A DNA stretch of 64,000 nucleotides, taken from positions 4,501 to 68,500 of the forward strand of contig CANQCZ010000003.1 of assembly GCA_947591215.1 (NCBI GenBank). Direction: 5' to 3'. Below the pieces are notes generated by a model. The model did no database searches, was not told where the DNA came from, and worked only from the letters and a program-made list of their open reading frames with translations. This stretch comes from an uncultured Bacilli bacterium (lineage in GTDB: Bacteria > Bacillota_I > Bacilli_A > RFN20 > CAG-449). This document shows positions 1 to 10,268 of this stretch, piece after piece; the first letter of the stretch is position 1, and each line of letters opens with the position of its first letter. Position numbers and translations under genes: made by a program.

Positions 1-359
1 CTAAAGAGCAAAAAGCTTTATGTATCAACAATTGGAGTTCGATTTCAAATTATCTTTCAAATAAAAAATTGGGTCCTTACGCTTCGATTTTACGTCTCTC
101 GGCACCGCGAATTTATAGCAAAGGTTACCTCATTGTCGAAAATGATTTTAAAGTTAATTCTCTTAAAATTAATCTGATAAAAAATCAAGAAGGTTTAACC
201 AAGTTAATGAAGCTTATCGTTCCAGACCTCGATTTTAAAGCGATTGTCTCTTTAAGCAAGACAGATTTTCTTAACTACGTTCAAAAATTCACCAATTTAT
301 CTCAAGCTAATAAACTTCCAATTTCTCGGGAAATCAAAATAAAAGAGAAAGAAATTTAA
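1..359 (+). CDS. dnaX: C-terminal part of DNA polymerase III subunit gamma/tau (5'-partial)
   Basis: Frame is open from position 3 to the stop at 359; directly upstream of ybaB-recR as in the conserved dnaX-ybaB-recR operon; the fragment itself is not diagnostic. Confidence 0.6.
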   Translation, partial: KEQKALCINNWSSISNYLSNKKLGPYASILRLSAPRIYSKGYLIVENDFKVNSLKINLIKNQEGLTKLMKLIVPDLDFKAIVSLSKTDFLNYVQKFTNLSQANKLPISREIKIKEKEI

Positions 360-371
360 GGAGAACTATTT

Positions 372-677
372 ATGAATATTAATGCTTTGATGCAACAAGC
401 CCAAAAAATGCAAAAAGAAATGAACAAACTCACTGAAGAACTTGAAAAAAAATCATTCACAATCACTTCAGCGGGCGGTGCCATTGAAATTGTGATTAAA
501 GGGACCAAAAGAATAGAATCTATCAAAATCGACGAAGCGGCGATTGATCCTTCAGAAAAAGAAATGCTTGAAGAGATGTTGAAAATTGCAATTAATGAAG
601 CGATTGAACTCGTCGAAAAAGAATTCGAAAAAATCAACGCCAAAATGACCGGTGGTATGAAAGGATTCGGCTTTTAA
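372..677 (+). CDS. YbaB/EbfC family nucleoid-associated protein
   Basis: MNINALMQQAQKMQ...SAGGAIEI...EMLEEML..AINEA signature; between dnaX and recR; GGAG RBS. Confidence 0.93.
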   Translation: MNINALMQQAQKMQKEMNKLTEELEKKSFTITSAGGAIEIVIKGTKRIESIKIDEAAIDPSEKEMLEEMLKIAINEAIELVEKEFEKINAKMTGGMKGFGF

Positions 678-1285
678 TGGAAGAATTTCAAAGCGTTTCC
701 GCTTTAATCGAATCACTGAAAAAATTACCCGGAATCGGTCGCAAATCCGCCGAAAGAATGGCTTATCAAATATTGCAGATGAAACCCGAAAAAATCGATC
801 AAATGGTAACTGCGTTAAAAAATGCTCGTGACAATATCGACATCTGTCCGATTTGTGGTTCTTTTCGAGAAAATAAAAATTGTCCGATTTGTTCTGATAT
901 GTCCCGCGATCAAGACACTCTTATCGTGGTCACTTCATTTAAAGATCTTTTAGCGATTGAAAAAATAAACAGTTATCATGGACTTTATCATGTCTTAGGC
1001 GGTAATTTATCGCCCACTAAAGGAATCGGAACAAAGGACATCAACATCGAAGGGTTGTTTAACAGAGTAAATGAAGGTAATTTAAAGGAAGTTATTTTAG
1101 CTACAGATTTAACTTTAGACGGAGAAACAACCGCACTTTATATTGCTAAATTGTTGAGTCCCTATCCGATATCGGTATCTCGATTGGCTTATGGACTTCC
1201 CATGGGCGGTCAATTAGAATATGCCGATGAATTAACCTTAGCCAAATCGATCGAAGGTCGCAATTTTATAAAAAAGGAGTTATAA
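677..1285 (+). CDS. recR: Recombination mediator RecR
   Basis: LPGIGRKSAER HhH, CxxC-CxxC zinc finger, Toprim YHGLYHVLGG, GETTA, LEYADELTL. Confidence 0.97.
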   Translation: MEEFQSVSALIESLKKLPGIGRKSAERMAYQILQMKPEKIDQMVTALKNARDNIDICPICGSFRENKNCPICSDMSRDQDTLIVVTSFKDLLAIEKINSYHGLYHVLGGNLSPTKGIGTKDINIEGLFNRVNEGNLKEVILATDLTLDGETTALYIAKLLSPYPISVSRLAYGLPMGGQLEYADELTLAKSIEGRNFIKKEL

Positions 1286-1287
1286 AC

Positions 1288-1917
1288 ATGTCGTTATTTA
1301 TTACTTTAGAGGGTCCTGAAGGAAGCGGAAAAAGCACAGTAGCCAAATTGGTCGTGGCTAAGCTTGAAACTGAAGGCTACAAAATAGTAATGACTAGAGA
1401 ACCCGGAGGAACTCCGATTTCCGAACAAATTCGCGATGTTATTTTGCGTAAAGAAAACACCGCGATGGATTCTATTACCGAAGCGATGTTATATGCCGCA
1501 TCACGGAGACAACATCTTATCGAAAAAATTTATCCGGCATTAAAAGAAGGTAAACTTGTATTTTGTGATCGGTATTTAGACTCTTCTTTAGCTTATCAAG
1601 GATACGCTCGCGGCAATGATGTCGAAGAAATTTTAGCAATCAACAAATTTGCTACCGGCGGAAAATTTCCGGATTTAACACTCCTTTTTGATCTCGACCC
1701 CGAACTTGGCTTAAAAAGAATCGCCAGCAACAAAGGACGAGAAGTAAATCGTTTAGATCTTGAAAGTTTGCCTTTTCATCATCGAGTTCGCGACGGCTAT
1801 TTGACACTCGCTAAAAAATATCCTTCTCGTTACGTAATAATCGATGCTTCAATGCCTCTTGAAAAAGTAGTTGAAGTTACCTATAACGTCATTAAAGAAA
1901 GGCTTAAAGATAAGTAG
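1288..1917 (+). CDS. tmk: Thymidylate kinase
   Basis: FITLEGPEGSGKST P-loop, REPGGT, DRYLDSSLAYQG. Confidence 0.97.
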   Translation: MSLFITLEGPEGSGKSTVAKLVVAKLETEGYKIVMTREPGGTPISEQIRDVILRKENTAMDSITEAMLYAASRRQHLIEKIYPALKEGKLVFCDRYLDSSLAYQGYARGNDVEEILAINKFATGGKFPDLTLLFDLDPELGLKRIASNKGREVNRLDLESLPFHHRVRDGYLTLAKKYPSRYVIIDASMPLEKVVEVTYNVIKERLKDK

Positions 1918-1918
1918 C

Positions 1919-2908
1919 ATGAATTATTCGGATTATCTCAAAGAACATCAACCTCTAATTTATCACACTTTTACTCACGCGATTAAAGAATCTTCTTTGG
2001 CGCATGCGTATCTTTTATGTGGAGAAGGTGGTTCTCTTTTAACGATTGCTAAATACCTAGCTAAAAGTTTAATTTGCGATAATCCTAATCCTTTAGCGTG
2101 TAATGATTGTGAGGCTTGTCGACGCTTTGACGAAGGAAATTACGCTGATTTTGTGATTATAGACGGCAGTAAAGGAAATATTAAAATCAGCGATATAACT
2201 TCTTTGAAAAGTAATTTTCAAAAGACCGCGACCGAAAAAAAACATTATTTGATTTATATTATTAATCAAATTGAAAATGCCAATAAGGAATCTCTCAATG
2301 CTATTTTAAAATTTTTGGAAGAACCTAATCCTGACGTTATCGCTTTTTTAACCACGACTAATGAAGAAAGATTGTTGCCGACAATTATCTCCAGATGTCA
2401 AATATTAAAAGTTCGAACCATCGACAAAAAAGATTTGATACAAGAAGCGGAAAATCGCGGACTTTCTCGCGATGACGCTGAAATATTAAGTTCCTTTCAT
2501 AACGATATCGAATCTTTAATGGAATGTTATGAAACGACAAATTACATAACGATTAAAGATTTGGTTTATGATTTTTTCGAAGCCTTCGATAAATCTCCGC
2601 TTACGGCACACTTTTTTGCCGAAACTAAAATAATTCCTGTTATAAAAGGAAAAGAAAACCTCCGCTTATTTGTCGACTTGATTTTATTGTTCGTAAAAGA
2701 TATGATGAACATATCCTTAAATTTACCGATTGTCATGGAATCGTCAAAACAATTAATCGGAAATCTATCGGCAAAATTTAAGGATCTAAAAAATCTTTAC
2801 CTTGATCTATCAATCAGTCGTTCTAAAATCGAGTTAAACGTCAATCCCTCTTTACTGATTGATCATATCGTCTTAGCGATCCGCAAAGGAGTGAAAATAT
2901 ATGAATGA
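1919..2908 (+). CDS. holB: DNA polymerase III subunit delta'
   Basis: HAYLL, zinc-binding Cys cluster, NAILKFLEEP, LLPTIISRCQ; between tmk and ricT; start moved to ATG 1919 just after the tmk stop. Confidence 0.93.
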   Translation: MNYSDYLKEHQPLIYHTFTHAIKESSLAHAYLLCGEGGSLLTIAKYLAKSLICDNPNPLACNDCEACRRFDEGNYADFVIIDGSKGNIKISDITSLKSNFQKTATEKKHYLIYIINQIENANKESLNAILKFLEEPNPDVIAFLTTTNEERLLPTIISRCQILKVRTIDKKDLIQEAENRGLSRDDAEILSSFHNDIESLMECYETTNYITIKDLVYDFFEAFDKSPLTAHFFAETKIIPVIKGKENLRLFVDLILLFVKDMMNISLNLPIVMESSKQLIGNLSAKFKDLKNLYLDLSISRSKIELNVNPSLLIDHIVLAIRKGVKIYE

Positions 2909-3740
2909 AGAAAAATTATATCTTGTCGGAGTATCGATCAATTCCACCGGTAAATCATATTTCTTTTTGACAACGTTAGATGATTTAAAATTAAACGAAG
3001 CCGTAGTTTGTAACACACAACATGGGTTAGAACTCGGTTATGTAACTGTGTTGCCTAAAGAAAAGGAAGAAACTATTTTAGAAGATGCTTTTCCTCACGT
3101 TTTAAAACGTGCCGATGAAAGTGATTTAATCGCTTATAATAACAATTTACTTTTAAGCGAAAAAGCTAAAGAAATCACTCAAAAAACCTCTGATGAATTA
3201 GGACTTAACATGAATATTATTTCGGGTTTTTACACCTTGGACGGAACTAAAGTAACTCTTTCTTATCTTGCTGATGATCGAGTTGATTTTCGCGATTTAC
3301 TAAAAATTCTTGCCAACAAATTGCGCTGTCGAATTGAATTACGCCAAATCGGAACTCGCGATCGAGCCAAGATGATTGGCGGAATCGGAATTTGCGGGTT
3401 AAAACTTTGCTGCTCTTCTTTCTTAAATGAATTTGACGGTATTTCAATTACTATGGCTAAAAATCAAATGTTGGCTTTGAATATTCCAAAACTTTCCGGT
3501 CATTGCGGTAAACTTATCTGCTGTTTAAAATACGAAGATGCGGTTTATAGTGAAGAAAAAAAGAGTTTGCCACGTATCGGAGTTCGGGTCAACTACGATA
3601 ATGCGGTTTATAAATTGACTTCAATTAACATCATCACCAAAATGGCGCGCTTAGAAAATAGTGAAAACATTCTCACGGTTCCTGTCGATGAAATAAAAGA
3701 CAAAATTATCAATAACAATAATAAAGAAGATAACAAATAA
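2901..3740 (+). CDS. ricT: RicT/YaaT (PSP1 C-terminal domain) regulatory Fe-S protein
   Basis: RVDFRDL, RIELRQIG.RD.AK..GGIGICG..LCC, KLSGHCGKLICCLKYE. Confidence 0.93.
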   Translation: MNEEKLYLVGVSINSTGKSYFFLTTLDDLKLNEAVVCNTQHGLELGYVTVLPKEKEETILEDAFPHVLKRADESDLIAYNNNLLLSEKAKEITQKTSDELGLNMNIISGFYTLDGTKVTLSYLADDRVDFRDLLKILANKLRCRIELRQIGTRDRAKMIGGIGICGLKLCCSSFLNEFDGISITMAKNQMLALNIPKLSGHCGKLICCLKYEDAVYSEEKKSLPRIGVRVNYDNAVYKLTSINIITKMARLENSENILTVPVDEIKDKIINNNNKEDNK

Positions 3741-3742
3741 AT

Positions 3743-4585
3743 ATGCAACGCATTAAAAGCTTCGATTCAGGACCGATCTTGTATTTAGTCGCCACTCCTA
3801 TCGGGAATTTAAAAGAGTTTTCACCGCGGGCCATTGAAGTATTATCTTCCGTTTCTTTAATCGCTTCCGAAGATACCCGCAACACTTTAAACTTGCTCAA
3901 TTATTTTAATATTAAAAATAAACTTATTTCCTATCATGAGCATAACGAAAGTATCGTTTCAAATAAACTTTTAGAAGAGCTTAAAAATGGTCATTCAATT
4001 GCGATATGTTCCGATGCCGGTTATCCCTTAATTTCCGACCCAGGTAAAACCATCACCCAAAAAGCCATTGAAAACGGATTTGCGGTTTCGGTAATCAACG
4101 GATCTTCAGCGTTTATCCCGGCTTTAATTGCTTCTAATCTACCTACTCAACATTTTTATTTTTATGGTTTTTTAGATGCAAGACGTAGTAGACGCCTTAA
4201 AGAACTAGAAGCGCTAAAAAATATAAAAGATACTTTGATTTTTTATGAATCACCTCATCGCATTAAAGAAACTTTAGATGATTTACATTCGGTATTTGGA
4301 TCACGTAATTTCTCCCTTGCTAGAGAGTTAACCAAAATTCATGAAGAATACATAAGAGGAACTTTAGATGAAGTTCTTAATTTAGATCCTAACACCTTAA
4401 AAGGAGAAATGGTTTTAGTCGTTGCCGGAAATTCATGTGAAGAAAGTTATAATGATGACAAGATTATTGACGAACTAAAAGAATATTTAAATCAAGGCAT
4501 AACGAAAAAAGAGGCTGTTCGTTTGGTATCCCAAAAACTAAGCCTCAATAAAAATCACGTCTATCAATTGGCGATGAAACTCTAG
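3743..4585 (+). CDS. rsmI: 16S rRNA (cytidine1402-2'-O)-methyltransferase
   Basis: LYLVATPIGNL, EDTR, SDAGYPLISDPG, FYESPHR, RELTKIHEE. Confidence 0.96.
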   Translation: MQRIKSFDSGPILYLVATPIGNLKEFSPRAIEVLSSVSLIASEDTRNTLNLLNYFNIKNKLISYHEHNESIVSNKLLEELKNGHSIAICSDAGYPLISDPGKTITQKAIENGFAVSVINGSSAFIPALIASNLPTQHFYFYGFLDARRSRRLKELEALKNIKDTLIFYESPHRIKETLDDLHSVFGSRNFSLARELTKIHEEYIRGTLDEVLNLDPNTLKGEMVLVVAGNSCEESYNDDKIIDELKEYLNQGITKKEAVRLVSQKLSLNKNHVYQLAMKL

Positions 4586-7500
4586 TTAAGTTTCATCGCT
4601 TTTTTTAATTTGCCTTTATCGTCAAAAATAATTTTATCGACGATATACATCGCAACAGTCAACACCATTCCAATTAATACAACTTTTAATCCGGTTGCAA
4701 GTCCCGGTGTTTGATATGATAGTTCGTAAGTAAATTCACCTTCATCAGCGACGAATCCAACAAATCCACCTTGTGCTTTATAAATTTTCACTTCTTCTGT
4801 ATTTCCTTTTGCGTCTTTTTTATTTAACGACCACCCTGAATCATATGGGATGGTCAAAACCACAAAACGTAAATCACTGTAATCGGTCATAAATGAGAAC
4901 CAATCTTGTCCGAATTTTACATCTTTCAAAGCATAAGGTTTTAACTTATCAATACGCGCTTTATAATCATCATAATATTCATATTGTACTTCCGGAAATA
5001 CCAAAGTCTGTTTGTCACTCATCGTTTCAAGAACCATAATTCTAATATGGACTACCTCATCGTTAACGTAAAAACCTCTTTGATATTTGCGATCGCTTTC
5101 TTTGTTGCCATACCCGTGTGTCATATGTCGATCAGAGGTCAAAAGCACTTCGTTGCCTTCCTCATCTTCACCATATAAAAGAATATTAAGATTTTCACCC
5201 ATTCTTGCTCTTACGCTTACAAAACATCCTCCGCGTTCTTTCGCTTCCGAACAGACATTCATTTGATTAAATCTTATGTCAACTCTTGAATTCCACGTTA
5301 GAGCTCTTGTCGCTTCGGTAGTGAAAGAAACCGGAGCTTCATATTCATCATCTCGACCACCATGAGTACTGCCCGTCCAAATAGCTTTTTGAACTTGAAC
5401 AGTTTCTTGCGCTGCATTTAAAGTTCGCGGATAATTCATATGTTGATTATAGACAAAAGACGGATATTGCTTTAGGATTTCCGTTGCGTCTTCTTCAGAA
5501 ACAATAGCTCCGCTTAAATAAAATAGTTCGTTGACGTTTGTGTAATCGTATCCTCTGTTTAAATTGATTTTATCAATAAGATTATCGAAAGCAAAACCTA
5601 ATTCCATATAATTGTCGTTGCGGTAAACGCGATGATTATCTGTCTCTTTGTATAAAGAAAAGCCATATGGAACATTGGTATCTCCTCGAGAAAGGATATA
5701 ATACTTTACATTTAAAAACTCATCTAAATTAGCGCGTTTTTCGTGAATTCCCATCGACCATGAACCTTGATATGCAATCCGTGACCAATCGATAAATTCC
5801 TGCAATTCATAATTATAGACAGAGTGAAATGTCCCTAAACCGCGTGATCCTAACATCATCGCTAAGTTGTTCGCATTTCTAGAAGCCGAAGTTGTAAATA
5901 TTCGATAATAACTGTCGTCTTCATCTTGAATTTCGCTTACTAAACGTGTCTCTTCATCGACATTAGCGATTCCACCATATAAATTTTGATAGCTCGACGT
6001 GCCTTGAATATTTACAACCGTATTTCCGACCACTACTGCTTCTAAAATTACCAAATACAGAATATTTTCGTAGAATTTTGTTCGTCGTAAATCGCGTCTA
6101 ATAAAGTAATAACTGACAACCACCATTCCGATTTCAAAATATGCTAAATAAATACGGTTATCAGTCGCAGCGACCGTTCCTGAATTAGGAACACCAATTA
6201 ATGTCTGAGTGTAATTTATAAGCCATATTTGAATAATGATCGTCAATACAAAACCGATATCGAAGAAAATCTTGTTTATCTGTTTTCGTCTATCGATGTT
6301 TATTGCAATAAATATCGCCGTAACTGCCACAACAAAAATATGCCATCTGCCATACGCAACTCCGGTAAAGCCGCTAAAGCAATAATAGGCAAACGGAGTA
6401 AAAAGCAAAAGAATTATAAATAATACCCCGAAAATCTGCCCAAATTTTTTTCTCTTTACCAAATCAAATACCGATGGGAAAAAGAAGAGAACCAAAGGTG
6501 CATATAAATACAATGAAGAAAGCGTATTATCATAATAATTATTCTTAAACAACAATCCGTCATAATTAGCCGCAGGGCCAAAGAAGAATGTTGTAAGCGG
6601 ATATAAAAGATATTTTAATCTTTTTCCTTCATCATCCCACACGAATAACACATCGGAAAATCCATGTAAAGCTTCGTTAAAATCACCCTCACCTTTTAAC
6701 GCCGCTTTAATCATATCAAAGCTTTCGACTAATCGCGGCAAATATGTTGCGTTTGTTACTCTGCTTGAAGACAATACCGACGAAAAAGCCGGAATAATCA
6801 CAAACGAAGCTAACATTAAACCAAAAGCAAAACCGCAAAAACCTTTTATAAATACTTCAAGTCCTTCTTTAAAACTATATTTTTTGATAAATTGGAAATA
6901 TCTAAATCCGGCGTATAAAACTCCTAAAAAGCAAAAGCTTACTAAAAAGAAGTAGTTTGTGATTCCGATTAAGAAAACTCCAAATACCAAATAAAACGGA
7001 TTTTTATCACGCAACACCCGTTCAATGCCATACAGCAAAACAGGCATTAAAACGTTCACTTCCAAAAAGTGATTGAACCATAAATAATGCAAATTCCATC
7101 CGTTAAAAGCATAAGCCAAAGCGACGATTTTAATTGTTCCGGATTTTAATTCGAACAATTCTAACAGTTTCATCATCGCTAAACCCGCCAGAACCATCTT
7201 TGTAATCATCATGAAAGCTTGAGCTTGCGGAATTAAATTTCTCGGAAATAAAAGAATCGGCAAGAAAAACGGATTTAACAAATAATAGAAAGTATTCGCT
7301 CCGATGTTGTTGGCACCTAAAAATGCGGATTCGTCCCAAAGCGGAAAATGTCCGGTTTTTAAAGCCGTCCAAATATCATCGTAACCATTAAAATAAAATG
7401 GAATTTCTTGAAGAACAAAGTCACCGGACATTGGAATTGTCATATTATTCCGAAATAACGTAATTCCAAATATTAATAATCCGACAAGATATAATAAACC

Positions 7501-7605
7501 TGCAAATCTTACATAGCGATTCTTAAAAGCACGGCTGAAAAATCTTATCATCCCTAAAAGAAATTTTTTTAAATAATCTTGAATGCGAATTTTAAAGGTT
7601 TCCAT
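4582..7605 (-). CDS. YfhO-family polytopic membrane protein (GT-C fold glycosyltransferase)
   Basis: Many TM segments; GDF..Q..PF, YYLLNPF, NYFF motifs and C-terminal LTIPYDSGW...LSYQTPGL typical of YfhO. Confidence 0.82.
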   Translation of the reverse strand: METFKIRIQDYLKKFLLGMIRFFSRAFKNRYVRFAGLLYLVGLLIFGITLFRNNMTIPMSGDFVLQEIPFYFNGYDDIWTALKTGHFPLWDESAFLGANNIGANTFYYLLNPFFLPILLFPRNLIPQAQAFMMITKMVLAGLAMMKLLELFELKSGTIKIVALAYAFNGWNLHYLWFNHFLEVNVLMPVLLYGIERVLRDKNPFYLVFGVFLIGITNYFFLVSFCFLGVLYAGFRYFQFIKKYSFKEGLEVFIKGFCGFAFGLMLASFVIIPAFSSVLSSSRVTNATYLPRLVESFDMIKAALKGEGDFNEALHGFSDVLFVWDDEGKRLKYLLYPLTTFFFGPAANYDGLLFKNNYYDNTLSSLYLYAPLVLFFFPSVFDLVKRKKFGQIFGVLFIILLLFTPFAYYCFSGFTGVAYGRWHIFVVAVTAIFIAINIDRRKQINKIFFDIGFVLTIIIQIWLINYTQTLIGVPNSGTVAATDNRIYLAYFEIGMVVVSYYFIRRDLRRTKFYENILYLVILEAVVVGNTVVNIQGTSSYQNLYGGIANVDEETRLVSEIQDEDDSYYRIFTTSASRNANNLAMMLGSRGLGTFHSVYNYELQEFIDWSRIAYQGSWSMGIHEKRANLDEFLNVKYYILSRGDTNVPYGFSLYKETDNHRVYRNDNYMELGFAFDNLIDKINLNRGYDYTNVNELFYLSGAIVSEEDATEILKQYPSFVYNQHMNYPRTLNAAQETVQVQKAIWTGSTHGGRDDEYEAPVSFTTEATRALTWNSRVDIRFNQMNVCSEAKERGGCFVSVRARMGENLNILLYGEDEEGNEVLLTSDRHMTHGYGNKESDRKYQRGFYVNDEVVHIRIMVLETMSDKQTLVFPEVQYEYYDDYKARIDKLKPYALKDVKFGQDWFSFMTDYSDLRFVVLTIPYDSGWSLNKKDAKGNTEEVKIYKAQGGFVGFVADEGEFTYELSYQTPGLATGLKVVLIGMVLTVAMYIVDKIIFDDKGKLKKAMKLN

Positions 7606-7617
7606 AAGTGCTCCTTT

Positions 7618-8100
7618 CTATTTATGATATCCTTCATTGTTATTGATTTTAAAGGATCGGTAGATTTGTTCTAAAATGATAACTCTTGTCATCTGATGAG
7701 TAAATGTCATTTTGGAAAGTGATAACAATTGTGCCGCTCTTTTTCTGATTTTATCTCCCAGTCCATACGAACCACCGATTATAAAAACAATTTGACGTTG
7801 ACCGCTATCGATAAGTTGCTGCATGTTTTTGGCAAATTCTTCTGAACTTACTTGATGCCCCCATAAATCTAAAGCTATCACATAATCGCTATCCTTGACT
7901 CTTTTTAATAAAAATTTTGCTTCCTCATCATTCGCCTTGATGATTTCGCTTTGAGTCAAATGTGAAGAAATTTTATATTCTTCAACTTCTTCGATTTTTA
8001 CTTCCGCAAAACGAGATAGTCTTTTTAAAAGTTCATTAATCGCCTCTAAATGAAATCTTTCCTTGATCTTTCCTACAGCAAGTACTTTTATTTTAATCAT
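7618..8100 (-). CDS. rlmH: 23S rRNA (pseudouridine1915-N3)-methyltransferase
   Basis: AVGKIKE, FIIGGSYGL, SLSKMTFTHQMTRVIILEQIYR, YHK end. Confidence 0.97.
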   Translation of the reverse strand: MIKIKVLAVGKIKERFHLEAINELLKRLSRFAEVKIEEVEEYKISSHLTQSEIIKANDEEAKFLLKRVKDSDYVIALDLWGHQVSSEEFAKNMQQLIDSGQRQIVFIIGGSYGLGDKIRKRAAQLLSLSKMTFTHQMTRVIILEQIYRSFKINNNEGYHK

Positions 8101-8861
8101 TTTAAGGATACCTCAACAAAACTTCCTCCGGAAACTGTATCGTGTTGTGAGGCACAGCGAATCGAAATGTTATCAAGCGATATTCCTGACTCTTTAGCAA
8201 TTCGAGCAAATGTTTCTAACGCCACATCCGGAGAATTGGCTTCTTCCGATAAATGCGCCAAAACAATCTCTTTGGTTTTTTCGCCTAAAGCTCTAGTTAA
8301 ATAAAGTGCTGAATCTTCGTTTGATAAATGTCCATAATCGCCGAGTATTCGCTGTTTTAATCGTTGCGGACGATCGGTTTTCAAAAGCATTTTCACATTG
8401 TGATTGGATTCAAAAATGTAATAGTCCGCATTTTTTATAAGCGGTAAAACTTTTTGATATAAATAACCGGTATCGGTAATATACACGAGTTTTTCTTCGC
8501 CGTATTCAATAATGAAACCGATAGAACCTTCAACGTCATGAGAAGTCGGAATAACCGTAATTCTAAAATCATTAATTTTATAAGTGCTGTACGGAATTAA
8601 TTCATGATCTTTTAAAACTTCACATGTCGCGGAGTTAGCATATACTTTTTCTTTATCAAAATATCTTAACCCCGACAAGTGATCGATGTGTTTATGGGTA
8701 AATAGTACATATTCGATTTTTTCAAACGGGACCCCGGTTTCAGCCAATTTTTCAACAAGTTTTTTTTTGGCAATACCCATGTCAATTAAAAGATAATGAT
8801 TGTCGGCGATTAAAAGTGTACAATTGCCTTTCGAGCCAGAATTAAAAATATAATAACGCAT
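8097..8861 (-). CDS. walJ: MBL-fold metallo-hydrolase (YycJ/WalJ/VicX family)
   Basis: SGSKGN, THKHIDH, TDTGY, ESNH, GHLSN, LAHLSEEAN; adjacent to rlmH. Confidence 0.88.
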   Translation of the reverse strand: MRYYIFNSGSKGNCTLLIADNHYLLIDMGIAKKKLVEKLAETGVPFEKIEYVLFTHKHIDHLSGLRYFDKEKVYANSATCEVLKDHELIPYSTYKINDFRITVIPTSHDVEGSIGFIIEYGEEKLVYITDTGYLYQKVLPLIKNADYYIFESNHNVKMLLKTDRPQRLKQRILGDYGHLSNEDSALYLTRALGEKTKEIVLAHLSEEANSPDVALETFARIAKESGISLDNISIRCASQHDTVSGGSFVEVSLK

Positions 8862-8863
8862 AA

Positions 8864-10261
8864 TTAACCTTCTTGTTGAACTTCACTGGTTTCTTGTTCG
8901 ATAAAACGCCCGATGTTCATTAAAAACACCATATTTGCAATGCCTGTTTGCCCATTACGATTTTTAGCGACAATAATTTGGGTCTCTTCTGCGTTTCCCA
9001 TCGGATTTTCATCCTCTTTTTCATCTTTAACCACAGTCTCTTCTTTTTCGGCGTTCTGCATTTGATAATTTTTACGATAAATAAAAAGTACTTGATCGGC
9101 ATCTTGTTCAATAGAACCCGAATCCCGTAAATCAGAAAGAATCGGTGTTTTATTGGGTCTTCTCTCTGATGCTCTCGATAACTGACATAAGCATATAATC
9201 GGTAAATTCAACTCCCGAGCGAGAGCTTTTAGTTGTCGTGAAATTTCCCCAACTTCAACTTGATGGTTGTCAAGATTGGTATTATTAGTTCTAATAAGTC
9301 CCAAATAGTCAATAACGATCAAGCCCAAATCTGGATATTGGGCTTTTAATTTTTGTGCTTTTGTTCTAATATCGGTGATTTTCGCGGCTGAAGTATCATC
9401 AATCATCAATTTTGTCCGTTTTAAAAGTTCCGTCGCTTCATTGATTGCTAACCAATCATCGGAATTTAAATTATTTGTCGACAATTTGGTCGAAGTAATA
9501 TAAGAACGATTAGCCAAAAGGCGCATCATTATCGACTCAGCTGACATTTCTAATGAGAAAAAAGCCACGCGTGCATTATTGCTAGTTGCCGCATTATAAG
9601 CTAAATTAATCGCTAAAGCCGTCTTACCAACTGAAGGTCGCGCCGCTAAAATGATAAGATTTCCTTTTTGCAAACCTTGCATCAATCTATTAAGTTGCCG
9701 ATAACCGGTATCTAATCCGCTTAAAGTTAAATCTTTCTTTCCTTTTTGGATTTTTAAGCTTTCGGTAATTTTATCGACAATCTCTTTTGATGATTTAAAT
9801 GTTCCAACTCTTCTAGTTTTGGTAATATCGAGAATTTTTTGCTCGCTTTCTGCGACAAAAGTCGGAACATCGGTAATTTTATTTTCTTTAAAATCCTTTT
9901 CGATTAAATTCATCTCATTAAGTAATCTTCGCACAAGAGCTAAATCTTTAATAATATGAAGATGATTTAACGCATTTTTTTCACCAATGTAATTTTCACG
10001 CAATTCAACGATGTATTCTAAGCCTCCAATCTCGCTGAATACTTTCATATTTGTCAACAATTCTTCAGTCAAAGAAGCATTATCTAAAGTAATACCTTTG
10101 TCCGTTATAGTTCTTATGGCTTCGAATATTTGACGATTTTTGCGTACATAAAAATCTTCGCTATCTAATTGAGACAAAGCTTCTGCACGACAAGAATCAT
10201 TTTCGAGCATAGAACCTAATACGGCTTTTTCAGCATTTTCATTAAAAGCTTGATACTCCAT
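8864..10261 (-). CDS. dnaB: Replicative DNA helicase (DnaB; DnaC in B. subtilis nomenclature)
   Basis: AARPSVGKT Walker A, FSLEMS, IDYLGL, QLSR, DLRDSGSIEQDAD, KNRNG; start set at ATG 10261 after AGGTG. Confidence 0.97.
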   Translation of the reverse strand: MEYQAFNENAEKAVLGSMLENDSCRAEALSQLDSEDFYVRKNRQIFEAIRTITDKGITLDNASLTEELLTNMKVFSEIGGLEYIVELRENYIGEKNALNHLHIIKDLALVRRLLNEMNLIEKDFKENKITDVPTFVAESEQKILDITKTRRVGTFKSSKEIVDKITESLKIQKGKKDLTLSGLDTGYRQLNRLMQGLQKGNLIILAARPSVGKTALAINLAYNAATSNNARVAFFSLEMSAESIMMRLLANRSYITSTKLSTNNLNSDDWLAINEATELLKRTKLMIDDTSAAKITDIRTKAQKLKAQYPDLGLIVIDYLGLIRTNNTNLDNHQVEVGEISRQLKALARELNLPIICLCQLSRASERRPNKTPILSDLRDSGSIEQDADQVLFIYRKNYQMQNAEKEETVVKDEKEDENPMGNAEETQIIVAKNRNGQTGIANMVFLMNIGRFIEQETSEVQQEG

Positions 10262-10268
10262 AAAACAC

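Noticed and set aside
2901-2908. Possible genetic code 4 (TGA=Trp) given Mollicute-like features
   Set aside because: TGA terminates holB, lysS, recF and ispE at expected ends, and all long ORFs are intact under code 11
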